A stretch of 63,975 nt of DNA, filler included, from Bigelowiella natans CCMP2755 (Eukaryota > Protista > Cercozoa): NCBI GenBank assembly GCA_000320545.1. It is 8 parts of 8 records of this genome, joined end to end, with 100 filler letters (N's around TTAATTAATTAA, not from the genome) between each part and the next. Parts side by side here need not be neighbours in the genome. Positions count along the whole stretch, not along the records: positions 1 to 25,901 come from ADNK01003273.1; 7 more parts are not named here. One strand, written 5' to 3'. The position numbers and the translations under genes are program-made. Numbering within the stretch: position 1 is the first letter of the stretch; every line of letters begins with the position of its first letter. The notes beneath the pieces are model-generated. The model had not been told where the DNA came from and did not search any database. It saw only the letters and a program-made list of their open reading frames with translations. Positions 1-23,431 of the stretch are shown piece by piece.

Positions 1-279
1 TGCACAGCTACATTAGAACCACCATTGAGAAAATGCAAATTATTTATTACATCCGTCTCATAATATATATTGTTAAGCTTCCCACGGCATAATTGATCCG
101 TTTATGAAATGGGAGATATTCTGGCCCTTTCATTAATAAAAGCAAGCTGAGAAGAACAGTAATACAAGCATAATTTGATGGCATTGATGACGCATGGATC
201 GACCAGTAATAATAAATTCTGTTGTGCATCTGATGATGCTTTTAAAGCCCCCTTCAGGTCATCACCATTTGTATCATCA

Positions 280-3730
<3,451 letters not shown>

Positions 3731-4813
3731 GTTCTATAATCGGGTAGTATCGATTCTTCTTTGGGACTCTGAATTCGGCATTGGGTGGTTGTTCGTGTTG
3801 TTAATAATACTGAATAGTTGATGAAAATTGAAGGACTAGCTCCACGAAAATGGGAAGCCGCTCACCCATCCTCCCCTATTTCCCATACAAACCACAGTAG
3901 CCAGAAGAAACGAATAAAATATGCGCTCGCCGTATGAATAATTCGCATCATTACAAATGAGAGTATCAAATACATAATGGACTGCCTACTCGTCGAATCT
4001 CGTTGTCTTTCTGTCTTATTCCCTATTCTGTTGTTTTTGTTCGAAAGATTCCCAAGAATTGTGTGTGTTAGTCGCTACCCCTGTCCTCTTTGGCAACGAA
4101 TAAGCTACTTCGAAGACTGGTCGAGTAAAATAGACGCCATTCAATTCTTTTAATACTTTAGCCCTTTGGTGACCCATTTCGTGTAAAAAATCCTAAAAAT
4201 CGTTGTCGTAATGTGATAAATAACATGCATGAACATAATACCACAGCACAAAATTGGAAGCAGGCTCCCTTTTTCATCAAAATAATCCTAATGTTGGAGG
4301 TTTTCCGCTCATAATCGCCGATACCTACGAAACTCTCCGTTTTTTCAAGTTACGCCCTAAACAGGTCAACCCGTTGGAAGGATACTTCTACCAAGAAAGA
4401 GAGATTAAAATGAAGTCGCATTATAATTTTATAATGTATTCTGCTTAAAATATTAAAATAGTTTCTGCAAGTACTGTCTTAAAAATAGAAAATTACTATA
4501 CGGAAACCACCCCCTGCTAGCACTACGAGCATAGCACACATTATCACAATCCACAACAAACAATCACAACCTGTTCAAGATCATTCATTCTGCTGCGATT
4601 AAACGGTTAACTTTCACGACTACATAGAGGAATTCCTGCACTGGTTTCTTTTCTCAAGAACTAGTTGAATCAACTATTTGCCTCCCTCCAATGGTGCATG
4701 TTTCTTTTTAAAAAGAATGGAAGTTACTCTAAAAGATATATATACATATATTTTCGATTTTACAAGCGTATAAAGTGTTATACTGTTGTTCCAACTGAAT
4801 AGGTGAAAGCAAT

Positions 4814-6233
4814 ATGCTGAGAGAAAAGCTCCTTTCAAAGCATGCAAATTCTACGAACAGCCCTGCAGCTGGAAAGAAAAAGAAGAAGAAGAAGAAGCTG
4901 ACGAAGGGAAAAGGAGGAGGATTAAAGAGAAGTCTTGCTGAAACCGAAATAAATAAGCCGGATGGAAGAATGAAAGCGATGACCAAGAAGAAAAAGAAAA
5001 CAAAGAAAGAGGGTAGGAAAGAAAAAGCATTAGAATCCTCTGGAAATGAAGAAGCTGAAACTACAACTTCAACTACAATAACTAATAAAAAAGGGGGGAA
5101 GCAACCCACTTCTGATAATAATACTGGTGAGCTACCAACTGCCACGACTGGTGCATCAATTTCGGCAGCTTTGGAGCCAGAATTAGATATGAAATTCGAA
5201 AGCTTGAAAGTATCTGAAAATGTAGCTTCTGCTGTAAGGGAACTGGGATTTCCCACAATGACCCGTGTGCAAGCTATGTGTATACCACCTCTTCTTGCTG
5301 GAAATGACATCGTTGCACAAGCAAAGACTGGGTCAGGGAAGACGTTAGCCTTCATGATTCCATCCGTTGAGTTGCTTGTCGTATCTAAGTTTAAACCTAG
5401 GAACGGCACCGGTGTGGTAGTCATCACTCCCACTCGCGAGCTTGCTCTGCAGATCTATGGTGTCACACGAGAGCTCACTAAGTACTGTAGTCAGACTGTT
5501 GGCATTGTTATTGGTGGAAATAATCGACGCACAGAAGCAGAAAAGTTAGTCAAAGGCGCTAACCTTTTAATCTCAACACCAGGGCGGCTGCTCGATCATC
5601 TACAAAATACAAAAGGATTTGTTGTCAAGAACCTTTTGGCGCTCGTAATTGATGAAGCAGATAGGATATTAGAAATTGGTTTTGAAGAAGAACTTCGAGA
5701 GATCATTAAGCTGCTTCCAACCAACAGACAAACTATGCTATTTTCTGCAACACAAACTAAGAATGTAAAGGATATCGCTCGGGTGTCCGCTCGAAAAGGA
5801 GGAAGGGCACCATTGTTAATTAGGCGCAGATTCGAAGGAAGAACCTACAACTGTGATGACCCTTGAGCAAGGTTACGTTATCTGCCCTTCCGAGAACCGT
5901 TTCCTACTCCTCTCACCTTCTTAAAACGCAATAGAAAGAAGAAGGTTATCGTCTTCCTTTCTACGTGTGCAGCTGTGAAATTCTACGGAGAGTTGCTTAA
6001 TTATATTGACATCCCAGTGTTGGATTTACATGGTCAGCAGAAGCAGAAAAAAAGGACTGCTACGTTCTTTGAGTTCTCGAATGCGAAGCACGGGACATTA
6101 GTATGCACCGATATTGCTGCACGTGGGCTTGATTTTCCATCCGTTGATTGGATCATTCAGTTTGACCCAGCTTCTGATCCCACAGATTATATACATAGAG
6201 TAGGGAGAACAGCAAGAGGAGTCGGTAATAATA

Positions 6234-6279
<46 letters not shown>

Positions 6280-6846
6280 ATTAGCATAATGAGTGAATAT
6301 TGGACTATGGTGGTAGTATATATTAAACAACGAATCATGCCATAGATGCCTCTTCATTCAGACTCATTTAAATGCAACTTTTCCAATAAAATAGGTACGA
6401 GCGGTCGCGCACTACTGTTTCTCCTACCTTCCGAACTAGGTTTCCTCAAGTACCTGAAACAGAGGAAAATTCCGATAAATGAATATGAATTTCCAACCAA
6501 CAAGATAGCGAGGGTGCAGAGCCAGTTGGAACAACTTATTGAAAAAAATCATTTTTTATATAACGCTGCAAGGGAAGCTTATCGCTCCTACATGCAAGGT
6601 TATGCGCAGCACAAGCTTAAACATATATTCGATGTACACCAATTAGATATGCTAAAAGTTGCCAAGTCTTTTGGTTTTACAGTTCCTCCTAAAGTTCATC
6701 TAAAAATATCGCTCAAAAAGCGTTTGGGGGGAAGGAATAAGAAGCAGCCGCAAGGAAAATTTGGCAACAAACATGGCTTTAGCGAGGAAGATCCATACGG
6801 TAATAGAAAAAGGCCTGCAAAAGATCAGCGACAATGGAGCAGATAA
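4814..6846 (+). CDS. HAS1: DEAD-box RNA helicase HAS1/DDX18
   Basis: [40 protein letters not shown] motifs plus the DDX18-type C-terminus ([22 protein letters not shown]); intron 6225-6394; two compensating single-base frameshifts near 5820 and 5911. Confidence 0.95.
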
Positions 6847-7019
6847 GCATTGTAGAAAAAGATTAGCCCGCATTATTCAAATAAATGATGTAAAAATATA
6901 ATAGCCACTACTGCGATTGAGTGTGAGGGTTTATCATGTACCCGCATAATGAATATTGAGAACTTCAAGCGTATAGAGCTCTACCACCTACCTACATAGC
7001 TTCTCTAGCTTAGCGTATG

Positions 7020-8030
7020 AGATAGGCCGACGGCGGGCAAACAACACTGTCTTCATGTGCGCAACTAGTGGTCACAGCGTGCTGCGCACTTGAGCGAGGC
7101 TGCTGACACTGTCAGCCGGAGCGCATGCCAGCATGCAGCACGCACCATCATTGTTCACACAACTACAACGCAAACGTGTGCAGTCAGTCTAGAAGTGTCT
7201 CACACGCGATGCGTCCAGGTCGACCTGCGTGCACAACTAGACAAAGCTAAACGTCTGTCACGTAGATGTGTGAGACGGGCTAGCAGCGGATGTGTTCGTC
7301 AATGTCAATTGAACTTGTTCAATGGTCATCCTTGTGCAGCTGTGCAATGCAGCGGCTGCAGCGCCAGCGTTGGATCTGTCAGTCTCAGCCATGACATGTT
7401 TCGTGCAATCGATCATTAATGCATGCATGCCGTTTCGTCCCGGTTTTGAACGTCGCGCATTGCGCGCGCAGCAGTCTGGCATTTGGCGTTTCCTTTTTTT
7501 CAGATGTCAGTCAGCTTTGTTTCGTCGTCGATCGCGTGTCACTGTCAAGCTCTAGAGCTGTGGCAATAAGCTAATTACTCAAGCGACGTTGATGTGTGCT
7601 AGTGTGACGTGAAGTGGATATGACAATGAATGGTCCTTGTCTTCGATTGTGTTGCAGATTGACTATATATACGTATGTCTATTGTATTGCGCAGTGTATC
7701 TCGGCTGCAGTGCACACAGTCCACCTCTTGCGAGTTTGACATCGCTGCGTTCAAACGAAGGATGACTCATTTCATTGGCCATGTTCTGATTTCTCATCAA
7801 TACCGCACAGTGCATTGTATGCGCCCATGCCACTCTGCTAGCTAGCTAGCACTGTGGTGCGTGCAGGCATCGTGTCATTGTCTGATTGGAGGTTGCACAG
7901 GGTGGCTAATACGAGCACTACCAGCTTGCCAGAGCAGCGCTTCTACCGAACGATGACTGCATTGCGCGTGACACTAATGATCAATCTAGCAATGCTGTCT
8001 GTGATGTTGATGTGAAACGTGATGTTAGAA
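7020..8030. other. TpA-depleted intergenic island between convergent HAS1 and NSF
   Basis: GC and TGCA/CATG/GCGC rise; surviving TA mostly in CTA/TAG contexts; GCTAGCTAGCTAGC near 7837. Boundaries approximate. Confidence 0.75.
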
Positions 8031-8197
8031 GATGCAGGATTCCATTCCTTCCTTTTCCCGATTGTCATCATCGTTACCCCGACCTTCCTTGAACTTTCAT
8101 CATGGAATTACTACTACTACTACTACTACTACTACTGCTGCTGCTACTGTGAGCTCCTTCCTTCCTTCCTCCCTTCCTTCCTTCCTTCCTTTTAAAA

Positions 8198-15132
<6,935 letters not shown>

Positions 15133-15818
15133 AGTTCCTTCTTCTTTCTTCGCAGTTAGGGAATGGGTTGGGATGTTGAGATTTGAGAAAGTTCTTCGTC
15201 GATGATGACGAAGATCTATTATTATTATTATTACATGTATTGGAGAAGGAAGAAAGAAAGAAGGGCAAGAAGAAGGACGAGAAGAACAAAGAAAGAAATA
15301 AAGAAACACAAGAAGAAGAACGAGAAGAACAGCGAGAAGAACAGCAAAGAACAACAACCAGGAGATCCAACACTAGAACACCCTTACTAGATCTAGATCT
15401 AGTCGTTATCAAAAAGTGTGCTATTTTTCATTTTGTGTCCTTTCTCGGAGAAAGTACGAGAGTAGCATTCCTTTACGACTTTTGACGTTGTTGGCTGCTG
15501 CATAATCTAGATAATAATGCACAATCTAGCAAGACGCATGGGATAATTTGGTGATATTTCAATAACTGGCAGCAGTTGTGCGGCACCAGAACAAGATTTT
15601 AAAGTGAGCTACCTTGTAATCATTGAGATGGAAAAGAGAATAATGTGGGAAATTTATCTGACTTTAACAAAATTTAGACTTGATTTTCATATTCTAATCG
15701 ATTTCATGAAAGTGCCTAAAACCTGAAAAGCAACTTAGTAGAAGCCTTCTTCCGGTCACAAACTTAACGGGTGGCGCTAGGAACGGAACACGCCCAGCCA
15801 TTTTTCAAAGCTCAAACC

Positions 15819-18454
15819 ATGCCCAAAAGTAATTACACGGCTCCTATTCCGTTCATTCAACTTGATAAGCAAGAAAAATTTCGCGTTCATGAAGAAGCAG
15901 TCAAAGTATTCTCCAGAATAAAGGGGAAGCTCTGTATCATAGCTGTTTGCGGTCCATACCGGACCGGAAAGTCATTTCTGCTGAATCAGTTTATCGGGAA
16001 AAAAGGATTCAAAGTCGGATCAAGCATTAATGCTTGTACGAAAGGCTTGTGGTTGTGGGGCTCGCCTGTGAAAAGAGGTATTTTCATTTTCAGATTATAT
16101 GTTTTCACCTTTACGACAATTTAAGCTCTAATGTAAGTTCATGATTTAGGAGATGTAACCTACGTTTTCATGGACTCTGAGGGCCTCGGCTCTATGGAAA
16201 AGTCTCAAGATCACGACGTTAGTGTTTTGAGTTTAGCAACCTTGCTATCTTCACTGTTTGTGCTCAATACTCAAGGCAATATTACTGAGAGCTCACTAGA
16301 GCTTCTAGAACTTGTTGCACACTGCAGCGAACGGATTCGTGTGAGTGATGGAGATATGAATAGAGTTACAGAGTCTGAATCCAAAAGGATGGGCTCTAAT
16401 TTAGGAAATTATTTTCCTCAATTCATCTGGGTGTTAAGAGATTTCATGCTGGAGCTGGCAGATGTTGATGGTAATGCGATAACTGCGAAAGAATACCTCG
16501 AAAAATCTCTGCGACCACAAAAGGGAAGAGGAAAGCGGATACAGGAAAAAAACGAAACACGACGGCTCCTTACTGAGCTTTTCCCTTCGCGAGATTGTGT
16601 GACAATGGTCCGACCGGTGTATGATGAGCGGCAACTTAGGAATCTGAACTCTGTGAGTTCGGACAAACTTCGGGTAGAATTTAAGCAAAGTTTGGCTACA
16701 TTAAAAAGTAAAATTTGGAATTCAGGAGTCAAAATGATAGATGGGAATCCTGTTAATGGGCCTGCCTTTATTCATCTCGCCCGATCATACACAAAAGCAA
16801 TCAATTCTGGCAGTGCCCCTACAATCAAAACTGCATGGCAATCCGTTGTGGAAATTCAGACCCATGAAGCTAAAGGCCATGTGTTGCAGATGTACCGCAA
16901 TCAATTTCCTCTCAGTATGAATGCTACTGATGAAGTTGAGCTCATTCGGAAACATCGTGATTTAGTGCACAAAGCAAGACAATACATACTTTCAACTGTA
17001 CCAGGAGATGAAAAAAACAAACAATTCGTCATTAATTCATTGAGAAGAGACATGGATGGGCTTTTTACCGAACGAATGGAATCTAATAAGATGAAGTCGC
17101 AACTGCTAGCCTCTAAAAATGTCGATTCAATATGGAAAAGGCTAAAACTGGATGATGAAAAAGTTCCTGTGGATGCTGACCGCTGGGCTCGATCTCGCAC
17201 CCAATTTATCACAGAGTACGTGAAGGCGACCAGAGGACCCTCGAAGTGGACGGTGCTACTCAAATTTTTGGAGGAGAAGACCAGGAAAACTGTGAGTTAC
17301 TGTCTGAATGAAATAAAAATAGCAGTAGCTAAGGAATCGAGTAGTAAGAAGAAATGCGAAGAAATCTCGCTTGCCTTGAGACAGTCTGAGAAAAGGATCG
17401 ATGAGCTCTCCACTCAAAAGAAAAGTTTGTCAACTATTTCCCAAGCGCAACAAGAGAAAATCCAACAGCTGAATTCCTCTCTGCAGAATACCGAGATAAA
17501 ATATAGACAAGAACGGGATGCACGAGGAAGGGAAATTAGTAAATTGAAGAAACAATTGTCAGAAGCTCGACAAGCAGTGGAAAAGAAAGAATACATGTTG
17601 ACTGCAACAAGCAAGAAAATTAGCAGTCTCAATAGCAAAGTTATGGAAGCTAGCAAGATGGTGGAGAAAAGAGACAGGCAGCTATCAATATTACAGCATG
17701 CGAAATTGAGTATCTCCGAAGCTCTGAAGAAAGAAAGTAGTAAAGTCGAAAAGCAGCAGGAACAGATCCATACGCTTGAAAAACGCACTCGCAAATTACA
17801 GTCTGAGCTTAGTAACGGTATTTCAGCCGCGGAGCATAAAGAAGGGGTAAAGCGTCGAGAATTTGAATCTCTTCGAAGGGATTTGCAGGAAAAGGAAAAT
17901 GCTTGTCGTAATCTCTCACGCAAGCTAGAGGAAAGTCAAAAGCAGAATCAAATGTTGATGAAAAAGAGGAATTCTTTGGAGAATGATTTGGATAGAATGC
18001 GATCAAGGTAGGATAAGATTATCAATATATCAAATATTATTCGTAAGTATATGGAGAGTGAAATGCCATAAAAAGTTAGGATTAGGGTTGGAGTGAACTT
18101 CATTAATTTGGCAATGTATAATTTTTATATTTTTCAAACAGCATCAACGTGGAAAATGAAACAAGAAGCACAATCGAACAAGAAGTCAGTATATTCGAAC
18201 AAGAAGACTCGAAATCCGAAGAAGAAAATATAATCGCCCAGCCTAATGTGCCTCGACTTCTTCAGCCTCCGGAAAAGCTTACGGTTCAAAAATTAATGAG
18301 CAGGTTGACAAAGTTGGATGTCGAGCTACCTCCACACAAAATGAAGAAGAAGTTCTACGTCGACCTTCTTCGAAAACATGACCCCACTCTTCGTGGAGCA
18401 GCGGCACCAAAAATGGCTGCTCCAAAACGCAAACGTCGCCGGACAAAAAATTAG
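15819..18454 (+). CDS. Guanylate-binding protein (GB1/RHD3 family) with long coiled coil, C-terminal LEM-like/HeH domain and basic NLS
   Basis: G1 GPYRTGKS, ACTKGLWLW, G3 DSEG, G4 WVLRDF; helical and coiled-coil tail; introns 16078-16149 and 18008-18141; last exon PEKLTVQKLMSRLTKLDVELPPHKMKKKFYVDLLRKH...PKRKRRRTKN*. Confidence 0.9.
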
Positions 18455-18719
18455 GATATGCCTTCAACGTAACGGCTATTTAGTCAACATGCATCTGTGA
18501 GATTCTTGGCACTAACAAGATTTTCCAAGCTTTGCTGCCCTCACTTTTAATTGTAATACTCATCTTATAGTAATTATCCATGCAGACATGTCTGATGTGT
18601 GCATGACGAAGTTGTAAGTTTGTTCTACGATGCTGATGAGCAGCACCGCGTACCAAACACATAGCAGGGACATCGTGGTTTATCTGTTGACATGCACAGA
18701 ACGCGCCTATCTAGCTATA

Positions 18720-19400
18720 CGATACCCACGCATCGTATGCTGCTGCACAACACATGTTTTTGGCGCATTTGCGTGATTTTTGCACCTAAGGAACACAGAA
18801 TAGTGGAAGTGTTAAATTGGACGTCCACCACTAGCTAGCTAGCCAGTGCGATGCGATCATCCAGCTAGCTAGTCATAGACCGTATTATCCGCCCAGCAGA
18901 CTATCTAGCTCTAGAGCTGTCCACAAGTCTGGACAGCTCTAGTGCTGGCTAGCTGGGTTCTGGGGTTTGCAAATGAAATGCGTGAGGACAGCAGAACATG
19001 AACAACTTGTGACGCTCTGCTACGCCCGCGAAATGCTAATCTTCGATCTAAATGGACATTTTTCAATTCAAACTCTTCTAGTCTTGTTCATCGTGCGGAT
19101 GAACTAAAAACACGGTAGCCAGCTAGCTAGCTAGCACCAAAGCAATGCAATCAAGCTAGCAAATGCTTGTGGACTGCTACGCCAGCATGATCTAGATGAT
19201 GCTTGTCTTGGCGCAATAGGCGGTTACACAATGCTCACGTGATGATTGAGGCTGTGCATTGCATTGGACGTCCCTTCTAGCTTTGTACAAAGAATGATCT
19301 CTGCTTCGTTTTGAATCACACATGCAGATCAACATGCCACTACTGCGCCATAGCTGCTTTGCATTGTGCATACTGTAGTTAGTATCGTGCTACCCGACAA
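18720..19400. other. TpA-depleted island with (CTAG)n runs between convergent GBP and PUS3
   Basis: In about 18900-19220 essentially all remaining TA are CTA or TAG; GCTAGCTAG runs near 18830, 18863 and 19122. Confidence 0.7.
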
Positions 19401-19673
19401 AATACATTGTGTCAATTGCAGAAGTACTTATGTCTTATTTTAATGACATTTTGAAAGATTTTAAAGATTTAATAATGTATGAAAATGAATACATCGAACT
19501 AGTAGCAGATCAGCTGAAACTCTAAAAAGGTTATTGAAAGACAGTATCTGGATATGGACATCTAGATGTAATGATGTACACAACTAACTTGTCGAAGAAA
19601 CGAACTTTGTTTGATCATTATACAGGTCCAAAAACATATTCTCCTACCGTCTCACATCATTACATTTATTTAT

Positions 19674-20780
19674 TCATGATATCATTGAAGATTCGAATTC
19701 CTTAGGGTCAACAGGAACAAACATTTGTTTTGGAGCAATGAAAGGAGTAGAGATTCTATCCAGTACTCTACCAAAACCAACAGATGACAAACAAGCATTA
19801 TACGTTAAACAGAATAAATGTGGGAAAGAAAGACGAGAGTTAAGAAGCGAAACCTGAAAACAGGTGACAAAACTTGGTTTCCCCATTCTAGCATATCCTA
19901 CCTTTTCTGGTTGAAATCACGAAATTTAGAGCTCATTTGTGCTTGTTCTTGTTGTCGCTTAAGCCTTTTTCCCTAACAATAAAGGCATATATTGCCATCA
20001 TCATCATCATCATCATCATTATCATCGATTGCAAAATAAAGAACTAGTCATCTTGGCATTGGGTGACGATGATGTAAATTATTCGGTGGTTTCTTCTTCC
20101 ATTCTCTCGCTTAAGCAAGTGAGTAAAATTCACTAACTTTGAGTCCTTTTAATTTTTCGGCATAAGACTTCTCTCTTCCTCTTGCTTCAAGTGGAATATG
20201 GCGAGCTTGCTTCCTTGAGCCAAGCCGTCCTAAGTAGTGGTAGTAGTAGTAGCAGAAACACCATTCTGAAGAAGATCCACCAACTACTATTTATTACCCT
20301 CTGTTCTTCGTGTACAATATTTCACGTTTTCTCTCATCATCATACGTGTTTGAATGTAGGTAGTCGTTCTGGCTGGTCCCTCTTCTTTTGTGATGATGAG
20401 CAATGTAACATAAAGAGATGTATGTAGAAATTCCCTCCCTAGATGAAACACATACGTATCTATCTAGTAGTTTGCTTATTACAACAACAACCCTTATTTC
20501 GCATTCACTATCGTATTTGTCTTTCTCTTCCAATGTTAGTTTGTACTGCTAAATTCTAGTTCTGCTGTCTGTACTATACTATACTATACTATACTATACT
20601 ATACTAAACGGTACTTTGTAGTTGATCAGCTCTGAATCGTAGCTGGTTGGCAAAAATGCTGTTGGTGCTGCTGCTGTTACTGTTTCTTCTGCTCATTATT
20701 CTGCCACCACTATTGGTGTTGTCTCTCGCTCTTATAATAGAATTTACATGATCACCATCAATTTTCTTCGCCTCTTTTGG

Positions 20781-20817
<37 letters not shown>

Positions 20818-21685
20818 CGTTGAGAGGAGGAGGAGGAGGAGGAGGAGGACAACGGTACTTCATACGTAGAGGCCTTTGAAATGCACAACAGCAGCATACA
20901 TTAGAGAGCAGCAACAGTACCACGAATGAATTGTCATCATATTAGTATTTATACTACCATAATCGGCTTTGATCCAGGCCTGCATCTAAACCGTAGTACA
21001 CGACAACAACAACAAAATAGTAGCGCAAGTAACAAGTAGTAACATTTATTTATTCTCTATATAGATTCTCGATAGGTGATATAGAAGGAACATAATGATG
21101 TTCTATTTCTTATACAATTCTTATAGAATTACTAATCACTTAAAAATAACTTTTATATGAGGTACTCTTGGCACATATCATCATCATCGTCGTCGTTATT
21201 ATTTGCATGATAATGATGATAACAGCAGGAGCAAGAGGACTTAGTAATTTGAAACAACCTGACCACATTCCTCAATGCTTGATTTTGAAATACACTGCAG
21301 ATCTTAGACTATTGATAATACGACATATTAGCAGTATGTATTGTCTTAATATAGTAAGAGTTATTCAAACAGACTAGTTCATACACATATAAATGTATAC
21401 AGAAGGGAGGGTTATACATCATCTTATCTGTATGATCATGCAGATTAGCAATACCTTCATGCAATGTTGTCGCCAAAGGTAGTGAAAGTCACTTAAACAA
21501 CGCATCTATAGTGTTGTAGTAACTTTAGTTTGATGAGAGCAAATGCCCTTCAGGAGGACATGCAAAAGAAGAAGAAAATGAAGAAAAGAAGGAGAGGTCG
21601 GTCGGTCGGTTGGTAATAACAACTTGATACGTCTTAGGTCCTTAACAGGGCATATAATTCATAATTTAGAAAAATAAAGATGCAT

Positions 21686-21716
<31 letters not shown>

Positions 21717-22981
21717 GCTCTTTCTACCACCACCTGGTTACCAAAGGTGTAGATATACTGAACCTGGACAAATAAACAAAGACCAGTATTAGTAATAGTA
21801 CACGTAAACAACATACTCACGCGGATGAAAGCGCTATGCTACTATACCATTAGAAACCACAAACACACATCTATTATTCTGCCTGTATTTCTCTATCCTC
21901 TCATCTTTTTCTTTATCTTTAAGTACGGGTAGTGTATGGTTTGATAAGGCAAATATATGAATCATCATCGATAATGAAGATGAAGTAGTTGTAGTAGTAG
22001 TAGTAGTAAGAATGATCGGTGATGATGTATTCAACGCAGCATAGAGTGAGTCACTATACTGATAATAGGGATTCATATTTTTATTACGTCTCTGAATAAA
22101 CAATCGTATAATACGAGTGGGATCTCACTTGCCATCTGGATATTGATGGTGGTGATCAATCATAAATATCGATAATGATGATGATGATGATGATGATGAT
22201 GATAGAATAGAGGTGTGATTAGCTGGCCATCCATTCTTTGAAGTAGGTTGAAGTAAAAACATCAATTGACTTATTATATCTTCCTCTCCTTCTCCTTATC
22301 CTTCTTAATCTCCTTTCTCCAACTGGATCTTCAATTACTAGCAATATTATTGTAATAGGAACTACGACAATTTGCCTTACCTTAAAGTGTGGTTTTCCTT
22401 CCCATCTTTTAACAAATATAGTAGCACACATAATAGTAGTAGCAGTAGCGATAGATGTTCATCAATATATCAATAATGCACACGTCAATATATACTAGAT
22501 ATATAAACAATATATGTGTATATGTATTATCATATGCATCTGCAAGCTCTCTTCTAACACCATATTATTCCTTTTTCATCTGACTTCTCCCCCACAAACA
22601 ACAACAATATCAACAACAACAATGAACTACTACTACCAAGAGATAATGGTTGCGCGCACAGTTGTGGTGATCGTTGTCGTATACGCAATGGTAGTAGTTA
22701 GTAGTACTTTTTAATATTGAATAAATCATCTATGATCTCTGGTTTCTCTTTGCCACTTCCAATCATAAGCAATAAAGCTATAGTGACTCGTATCTGATAA
22801 GAAGAAGAAGAAGAAGGAGAAGAAGGAGAGGAAGAGGAACAAATACAAGAAAGAGAAGAGAGAGAGAGTGAGCACAAGGAATAATCAAATACAAACGCTG
22901 TGCCGCCCCGAAGTCTAGATTCGAAACAACAATAACAATAATTAAATTACAGATTATAGCAGGAACTAATATACTAACGAC

Positions 22982-23013
<32 letters not shown>

Positions 23014-23397
23014 AGCTACTACTTACTACCATTATTACTACTACTACTACTACTAACTACTACTACTACTACTATTTTACTATTTACTTGGTGCCACAAG
23101 AAGGCATTTCCTTGGATAGTGATCTAAAACATCCAAAATACATACTTAATCATCAAGGAGAGAGAGAGAGAGGGGGGGGGGGGGGGGGGGGAGGGGGGAG
23201 AGGAAGGGCCATTTCCTTACCAATCCTTTCTCATTTCTCTATTCTACCAGTTGTCAAAATGGTGTGATTATGAGGTAATCTTGTGATGTATATTCGTCCT
23301 TGTCGTTGCAGTCAAACATACATATTGATAATGAATCAATGAATACAGCATGAATCGATGAAAAATGGTTAGTATCACCTCAATAAAATCATCTGGT

Positions 23398-23431
<34 letters not shown>

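Noticed and set aside
4729-5433. 234-aa antisense ORF over HAS1 (and similar antisense ORFs over the GBP gene)
   Set aside because: Antisense shadows of real coding sequence with no independent motifs.
18074-18092. GTTAGGATTAGGGTT and CCCTAACC (38201) as telomeric repeats
   Set aside because: Only one or two units each; not distinguishable from chance.
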